NCBI GenBank assembly: GCA_034226945.1
Contig: CP120464.1
Span: forward strand, 434,001 to 498,000
Source of the DNA: Picochlorum sp. SENEW3
Taxonomy: Eukaryota
Direction: 5' to 3'
DNA: 64,000 nucleotides
Shown here: positions 57,185 through 64,000 of the stretch, in pieces
Position numbering within the stretch: position 1 is the stretch's first letter
Layout of the letters: each line of letters starts with the position of its first letter
Notes under the pieces: model-generated
The model's database searches: none
What the model was told of the DNA's origin: nothing
What the model saw: the letters and a program-made list of their open reading frames with translations, nothing else
Program-made: the position numbers and the translations under genes

Positions 57185-57190
57185 TTTATA
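57185..57190 (-). promoter_or_regulatory. TATAAA box upstream of the permuted tRNA
   Basis: TATAAA on the minus strand, about 38 nt upstream of the 3' half. Confidence 0.55.
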
Positions 57191-57439
57191 GAAACAGATT
57201 CATAGCCCCGGCACGCCCTAAAGGCAAGCTTTAGAGGTTTGGAGTACCCTCAAAATTATAAAGAAGTTTTTTAAAGCATTAATCTGGGTCCCCTGGGAAA
57301 TAATCACATGCTGAGAAGCCATCCTCGATGTGATATTTATACTATCGAATTACAGAGTTACCGCTCTTTTGTATCGCATGGAAACGGATTTTTTGCGGCA
57401 ATGCTGCACCGACTATTATTTTAAAGTAAATAAATAAAG

Positions 57440-58903
57440 TCACTGCTTCCACAGTTTCAATACCTTATCCCTACCGCCACTAGCAACGGCGTCTCCTGTG
57501 GGGCTCCAGTCAACAGTAAAAACTTCATCAGCGTGACCTGGTAGATCAACCGCTGCCTTACGAGTCCTCATATCCCACAATTTCAATGTACTATCTTTTG
57601 ATCCACTCACTGCGAGTCGAGAATCTGCAGACCATGCCACCTGGTATACGGGACCCACATGTCCCCTGAACGTTGCAACAAATTTGCCCTTGACCCCGTC
57701 CCAGAGCTTGACGCTCTTATCGAACGAAGCTGATAGAATCCATCTTCCATCAGGGGAAAAGCAAACCTGATTGACCAGCTGTTGGTGGCCCACCATACGA
57801 GAGATTGGTTGTTTGCTTCTTCCTGGCTCCCACAAGCACAATGTGAAATCATCACTCCCAGTCACCAATCTCTCTGGGCTCGTTTGTCCTCCTTTTGCCT
57901 CCAAGTATCTCTTTTGAGCTTCTTTTTGGGCATCCTCATCGCTCCCTTGTCGTTCCCCTTTGTGATTAAATGCACCAGTTTTGAGAGCGTATGATGTTGA
58001 CAGTGACATTGTGTTCACCCAATGCCCGTGTCCCCGGAGTGTCCTAACCATACTACCGTCAGAAGAGCGCCACACATTAATTGTACAGTCTCTTGCAGCT
58101 GAATATATCAATCCTTCACCTCCCCAAATCACAGCAGTAACTCCTGCTGTGTGGCTCCCCAGTGAATACAGCAGCCTTCGAGTCCCTGCATCCCATACTT
58201 TCACCGTTCCATCTTTCGATCCTGAACAGAATCTTCGTGAAGGGAGTGCCTCGTGCGCTGGCTCCCAGCTGATTGACGAGATGAATTTTCTATGACCTTT
58301 GCACTGCCCAATAGCAGTACCCTTTGTAGGATCCCACAACCATATGGCCCCATTTCGATCTCCACTTGCCACCATGGCAGCATCTGGAGACCATACGACA
58401 GATAATACCCACGATTTGTGACCTCGGCACGTGTGGTGTGGTGTCTGAGTCCCCAAATGCCAGAATCTCACTGTGGTATCTCCACTCCCAGTGCACAAAT
58501 GCTTTCCATTCGGTGAAAAATTGACACATAAAATAGCAGCATCGTGTCCAGGTATACTTGCTGAGCATCGCGTGACAGGTCTCACCCGAAACACAGCCTG
58601 GGGCTGGTACACAATCTTCAAGAGAGACTCGACAGACAACTTGTGCTTCTTGAGGTGATCCACCAGCGCCCCTCCTAGCTCTTGATCATCTATGTAAAAT
58701 GAATATGGTCGTGGTTCATCTTCACGTAAGAGACCCTGAAGCAACGTTTGGCATTGCTGTGCAGTCACGTTTGTTGGGACGTCCAACTGAGGACCTGTAG
58801 GCTCACCCTCTGGAGAGACAAACTGCACGATGATGTTGTTCGAGACAACCTTTTGCTGTTTTAATTTTGGTTCCTGTCCTTCCTCCTCTTCTTTCTCTCC
58901 CAT
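57440..58903 (-). CDS. NLE1: Notchless / Rsa4 (NLE domain + WD40 repeats)
   Basis: YQPQAVFRVRPVTRCSASIPGH, LRGHGHWVN, ERLVTGSDDFTL, DLPGHADEVFTVDWSP. Confidence 0.96.
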   Translation of the reverse strand: MGEKEEEEGQEPKLKQQKVVSNNIIVQFVSPEGEPTGPQLDVPTNVTAQQCQTLLQGLLREDEPRPYSFYIDDQELGGALVDHLKKHKLSVESLLKIVYQPQAVFRVRPVTRCSASIPGHDAAILCVNFSPNGKHLCTGSGDTTVRFWHLGTQTPHHTCRGHKSWVLSVVWSPDAAMVASGDRNGAIWLWDPTKGTAIGQCKGHRKFISSISWEPAHEALPSRRFCSGSKDGTVKVWDAGTRRLLYSLGSHTAGVTAVIWGGEGLIYSAARDCTINVWRSSDGSMVRTLRGHGHWVNTMSLSTSYALKTGAFNHKGERQGSDEDAQKEAQKRYLEAKGGQTSPERLVTGSDDFTLCLWEPGRSKQPISRMVGHQQLVNQVCFSPDGRWILSASFDKSVKLWDGVKGKFVATFRGHVGPVYQVAWSADSRLAVSGSKDSTLKLWDMRTRKAAVDLPGHADEVFTVDWSPTGDAVASGGRDKVLKLWKQ

Positions 58904-59185
58904 GATGATGCGATTTGCGAAAACAAGAAACTATGAGACCTAAATTCCTGGATGCACCAGCAACGACACTTTTCCAAGAATGAGACCGATCAGCCCACAG
59001 AGGCATCAGAATTATATAAAAATGGATGCAAATATTACAATGGCATGGCTCCTCATACGCATACCAAATGCACATTGTGTCTTGAATGTGCATGCATGCT
59101 TGTTAATAAAAACAGGAAAAAAAGACTCCCAAATCACTCCTTTCCAAGCTATCTTGTATGCATATATTGTATTAAAATCTTCAAA

Positions 59186-60683
59186 ATGAAATTAGATGTC
59201 AATGTGCTACGATATTTGGGCAAGGATGATTTTCGAACGCTCACTGCGGTTGAAATGGGCCAAAAAAATGTTCGTCTACCTTGCAGATGCGCGTATTCTT
59301 CTGAACCAATCTCCATGACCTTAATGTAATGATCCATTGCATGTTTCCTTGTGTAGCATGAAATTGTTCCCGCGCAGTTGATCGAAAGCATTGCAGGACT
59401 GAAGCATGGGGGTGCATTTAAATGCCTGAAAACTCTACTGCGGCATAAACTTGTCCATCATGAGGGGAAAAAGTATGATGGATATCGCCTGACATCTCTA
59501 GGGTACGATTTTCTTGCGATACGAGCGTTGACAGCGCGAGGAGCCATTGCTGGGGTGGGTAGGCAGATTGGAGTGGGGAAGGAGAGTGATGTGTTTGAAG
59601 TTGTGGATGATGAGGGCAGGACTATGGCATTAAAGTTGCACAGACTTGGAAGAACATCTTTTAGAGCTGTCAAGTCAAAGAGAGATTATGTGAAGAGGGG
59701 AAATCATTTTAGTTGGCTGTATTTGTCTCGGTTGGCTGCACTGAAGGAATTTGCATTCATGAAGGCATTGGGGGAGAATGGTCTGCCGGTTCCTGAGGCT
59801 ATCGAATGCAATCGCCATGCTGTATTAATGTCTCTTGTGCCTGGATATCCCATGGTACAAGTTCGAGAGTTTTCGAATGCAGAAAAGGTGTATAGAGAGT
59901 GTGTTGATATTCTTGTGACTCTGGCCAAATTGGGCCTCGTCCATTGTGATTTCAACGAATTCAACCTATTGGTACGTGTATGAAGTGCTTTTAATTTTCC
60001 TTCATCGCGCGGATCATGTATATGATCTTGTTGTATATATGCAGGTCGATGATGATGAAAATTTGACATTGATTGATTTTCCACAAATGGTTTCGACCTC
60101 ACATGCTAATGCAGAGGAACTATTTGATAGAGACATGGCAGGTGTCATTAAATTCTTTGAGCGCAAGTTTGGTAGTCCTGATGAAGCAGAAAGAGTTATC
60201 AATAGCAACTTTCCATCCCTTCACAGTGCCATGGGGAATGGCATGACTACTACCATTGACCAACAGCTTCGAGCATCAGGCTTTAAATCAGAGCACCAAA
60301 AACTCCTCGATGAATACAATTTGGCAGAGAATGACGATGATGATGAAAAAACGGATGATGAGGACAGTGCTAGTGAGTCCTCAGAGCATTCGGAAACAAC
60401 ATCATGCTCTAGTGATGGTAGTGATGACCACCAAGTGCCAGAAGAGGAATCAGAGCATGATCTCGTGGATGAGTTCGCCAAATTGGATACACGTGACTCA
60501 GATATTCTTCGCCAACGTATGGAGCACTTTGTGGCCAAGAAAGTCTCAGATCAGCGCCGAATAGCTATGAACCGACAGGTTGTCGCCAAGGCATCCAGGA
60601 ATGCCATGAAGTCAAAGAACAAAGGCAAGCGCAAGGGGCAATCATCTGGCAATAAGCCAATCAGTGCCGATGGTGGCTGGTAA
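59186..60683 (+). CDS. RIOK2: RIO2 atypical kinase
   Basis: MKLDV...RTLTAVEMGQKN|HEIVP, YDGYRLT, QIGVGKESD, LKLHRLGRTSFR, HCDFNEFNL, IDFPQM; two introns. Confidence 0.96.
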
Positions 60684-61198
60684 ACATGATACTTTTGTGA
60701 TTCATTGCTTTGTAATACGGCCTAGAGTCAAATCAGTTCTGGTCGCATGAGGCGACTTGCAAGAACAAAGCTGTTGTGCTCTCTCATGAGCACTGATCAG
60801 TGCCAATGGCAACAGATTGTGTGGATCACCTTGTCAATCCTCCATAAGGTCACCATCTCAAGGTCAAAATGCGATGAGGGATTTTACCGCAATATGGAAC
60901 TACTGCATTGTAGATAGCGCGGATACACCGTAGTTAGGCACCGCAGTACAGTAGTGTAGACGTAGAAATTAGGATTACGGGCCCGCCCCGGGCCGGCGCC
61001 GGTAGCCCGGATTACGGGGCGTCTCGTAATCGAGGCTGGAGTGTCAGAACTACGCGGTCTCATGCAAGCCTTTTCTGGTCACATGCGAGAAGAGGGAAAA
61101 GAATTAATATTGCAGATAATATCTCCTTATAGTTTCATGTACGACGTCTGTTTCATGGAGGCGAGTGCAAGTCGATTTTCAGGGGAAACTACCAGGTA

Positions 61199-62402
61199 AT
61201 GGTTCACCGGCCGAGAATACTTTCAACAACTGCTCATGCTGTCGTCAAGTTGCTATTCGTCGCAAACCTCGTGGTAGGAGCACAAAAAAATGATTCTATA
61301 GCATCACTAGCACATGGAGGACGGGTCTCGACCCTGGGTGGAACGTGCTTTGACAGCACAGTGACTGATGAGGCAGTGCTGAGGGACCTCAGAGGGCAGC
61401 ATGTGAAATTCAATCTGAAGAAGAGGTACGTCAAGAATGAATATTGTGCTCACTCATACAGTGAGTATGTAGTATCTGTATGGTGCGAATCCATGACATT
61501 CTCGGTACAACATTCTTGTGTGCAGCATGTACAGAGATGGTGACATAATTGCCGTGTACAAGTTGGACAGACCTGGACATGGCAGTCTCGCTGGATGTGC
61601 GGATGCCTGTCTGTTGAATTGGAGATTGACAAATGACTTGAGTCAAGCTTTGGACACAGACTGCTCGTTAAATGAAAATAGCCACTGCCCCATGACATCT
61701 GGAATACTTGTGGCAGACAGAAAGTGTGAGGCATTCATGTTCAATCGAATCACAAGTGTGTGCACTTTATTGTCGGCGGAGCGATCCTTAAAGCTTACTG
61801 GAAGTAGCAATTTCTGGTCAGGGAAGCTTATTTGCGAGGATATCAGCAGCGTAGATGATTGGGCACAAGGTGTTGTCAGCAGGCGCAGTCCACCTCCCCC
61901 ACCTCCTCCATCACCGCCTCCGCCACCACCAGGAACCCTACAGTATACTGTCGTGAATGGTTATTTTGCCGATAATACAGCATATTTTGATGGGATCACA
62001 GAACCCCTTAACACGGGGCAAGTGACATCCATATCTAATATCGATGTGGGGACAGACGGCTATTTTAGTGTCAATGGGGGGAACTCTTACAGTGTCCAGT
62101 GGCTAGGTTATTTCAGAGCTCCAACAACTGGATTTTATACATTCTATGTCAACTCAGATGATGCCAGTTATCTTTGGATCGGGTCTTCTGCAATGCAGGG
62201 CTATACTGCAACCAATGCCCTGGCTAAAGTTCCAGGAATACATCCCATGAGAAAGAATGGGGGAACCGTATCCCTCGATCAAGGCACTGTGTATCGACTC
62301 AGGATTCAATTCGGAGAAAATACTGGCGGTGACAATATGATTGTCAGCGTAGCGCCACCTGGAGATACCGAAACAACAGATTTAGCCCCATTCCTGGCTT
62401 GA
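61199..62402 (+). CDS. Secreted protein: Cys-rich PAN/apple-like region, Ser-Pro(n) linker, PA14/GLEYA-like domain
   Basis: Signal peptide; CADAC...CEAFMFNRITSVCTL; SPPPPPPPSPPPPPP; YSVQWLGYFRAPTTGFYTFYVNSDDASYLWIG, IQFGENTGG. Intron at about 61427-61534. Confidence 0.78.
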
Positions 62403-63106
62403 ACTGCATAGACCATTTCCTCTACAAGTGATCAATAAATAAAGACAGGCTTGCAGCCACCAGCGCACATTTATTTCATTATAATCATCTGTCATTATGA
62501 GGTACCACCTCCTATGAATGAAGTAGTAGATCAGCGTCTAGTAGTACAACATTCGAATGCCAATATGAACCGCTATGCTTTGATTGAAGGGTGCTCCCCA
62601 TGTGAAGTCAAAGAAGGCAAGCGCCAAAGACAATCCTCTCGCTAATCATCGCCGGCGGTGCTTATTAGAATATTAATATCATTATTTGCTTCATTGTGAC
62701 AATACTCTTTGTTTTTTGGACACTTTTACCCAACATTCGTTCTTCTTTCAGACATCAGCGCATCAGTCGACAGAGAGCAATACCTGTCGATATACCAAGA
62801 ATGTAGGTTATATTGTCACATGAAATGTATTTGAAGCATGAATTAATGGCATTCGAGGCCTTGTGATGGTCCCAGTGTGAGTTGGTCAGCAGCCATGCGG
62901 GAGAGTCGGCAGCAGTCGACGTCAAACAGGGTTGACATTGCAAATATGCCACAGTGTTGCATTATTTATATGTATATTTACACAAAAGTCCTTTTTCTGC
63001 AGTGATATTGAGTTTTGGGGCACTTGGGAGTGTTTTGTTTTTCGCAACGCGTGTTGAGGAGTCGGGGAGTCGTTCTGGGACTATTGCGGGATACTGATAG
63101 AGCAGG

Positions 63107-64000
63107 ATGGATACTTTAAGTAACTCAGGATTTGATCAGGACCAAATGCTGTTGGCTGCGCATGGAATGTCGTCGCTGGGAGCTGGTTTTGTTGGTCAAC
63201 AACATGAACTTGTGTCAGCACAGGCTGGGGCTATGCATCGCAGTCATCAGAAAACCCTGTGGATCGGAGATCTTGCACCATGGATGGACGAGGCGTTTTT
63301 GTATTCGGTATTCAGTCCCACGAAACAGCTGGTTTCTGTGAAGATTATCCGCAACAAGGCCACTGGAGCTTCCGAGGGGTATGCCTTTTTGGAGATGAGT
63401 TCCCACGAAGCAGCGGAGCAGGTGCTGCAGGTGTACAATGGTAGAAGCATACCAGGAACTAGTAACATGGCGTTTCGGTTGAACTGGGCTGCATATGGCG
63501 TGGGGCGAACATCGCAACCAACTCAGGAAGATCACTCTCTCTTTGTGGGAGACTTGGCTCCTGATGTTTCAGATCTGATCCTGCAGGAATACTTTAGGCA
63601 ATTCTATCCATCTGTTAGGAGTGCTAAAGTTATTACAGATGCAGCGACAGGAAGGTCAAAAGGGTATGGTTTTGTCAGGTTTTCTGCCGAGAATGAGCGA
63701 AACATTGCCCTGACAGAGATGAATGGGCATTTTTTGAGTCACAGGCCCATTCGAGTGTCTTTAGCAACTGCAAAGAAGAATGTACAATCTTCTCAAGTGC
63801 AGACGTTGCAGCCTCTTCATCCTTCAGACTTGGATCCCACAAACACAACGTTATTTATTGGTGGTCTGAGTAGTCAGGTGCTTGAGGATCAGCTCCGTGC
63901 GATTTTCAGTCAGTTCGGAGACATCATTTACGTCAAAATACCGCAAGGTAAAGGCTGTGGGTTTGTGCAGTATGTTTTACGGGCGTCGGCAGAGACAGCA
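63107..64000 (+). CDS. Three-RRM RNA-binding protein of the RBP45/RBP47 (Nam8-like) family; truncated by the window end
   Basis: Read from the DNA: KTLWIGDLAPWMDE...KIIRNKATGASEGYAF...FRLNWA, LFVGDLAPDV...GRSKGYGFVRF, NTTLFIGGL...GKGCGFVQY. Confidence 0.93.
   Translation, partial: MDTLSNSGFDQDQMLLAAHGMSSLGAGFVGQQHELVSAQAGAMHRSHQKTLWIGDLAPWMDEAFLYSVFSPTKQLVSVKIIRNKATGASEGYAFLEMSSHEAAEQVLQVYNGRSIPGTSNMAFRLNWAAYGVGRTSQPTQEDHSLFVGDLAPDVSDLILQEYFRQFYPSVRSAKVITDAATGRSKGYGFVRFSAENERNIALTEMNGHFLSHRPIRVSLATAKKNVQSSQVQTLQPLHPSDLDPTNTTLFIGGLSSQVLEDQLRAIFSQFGDIIYVKIPQGKGCGFVQYVLRASAETA

Noticed and set aside
1..64000. CRISPR arrays, rRNA, transposase or reverse transcriptase ORFs, viral insertions
   Set aside because: No repeat-spacer arrays, rRNA motifs or mobile-element protein motifs were seen.

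Overview
Gene-dense eukaryotic nuclear DNA with short GT-AG introns, very small intergenic gaps and no sign of prokaryotic operons or CRISPR arrays. The gene content points to a compact-genome green microalga: LHCII, MSH1, plant-type TOM22/TOM9, a group I truncated haemoglobin and RAY1-like/GT14-like glycosyltransferases. A Picochlorum-like trebouxiophyte is my inference, not a database result. About 40 protein-coding genes can be supported, mostly housekeeping, plus several secreted or cell-surface proteins. The strongest unusual signal is a circularly permuted tRNA-Cys(GCA) gene at 57062-57147 (minus strand), where the 3' half precedes the 5' half. Second is a same-strand TOM22-SDHAF3-OSCA run with 62- and 20-nt gaps, a candidate polycistronic locus. 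Exon boundaries were read by eye and are approximate.
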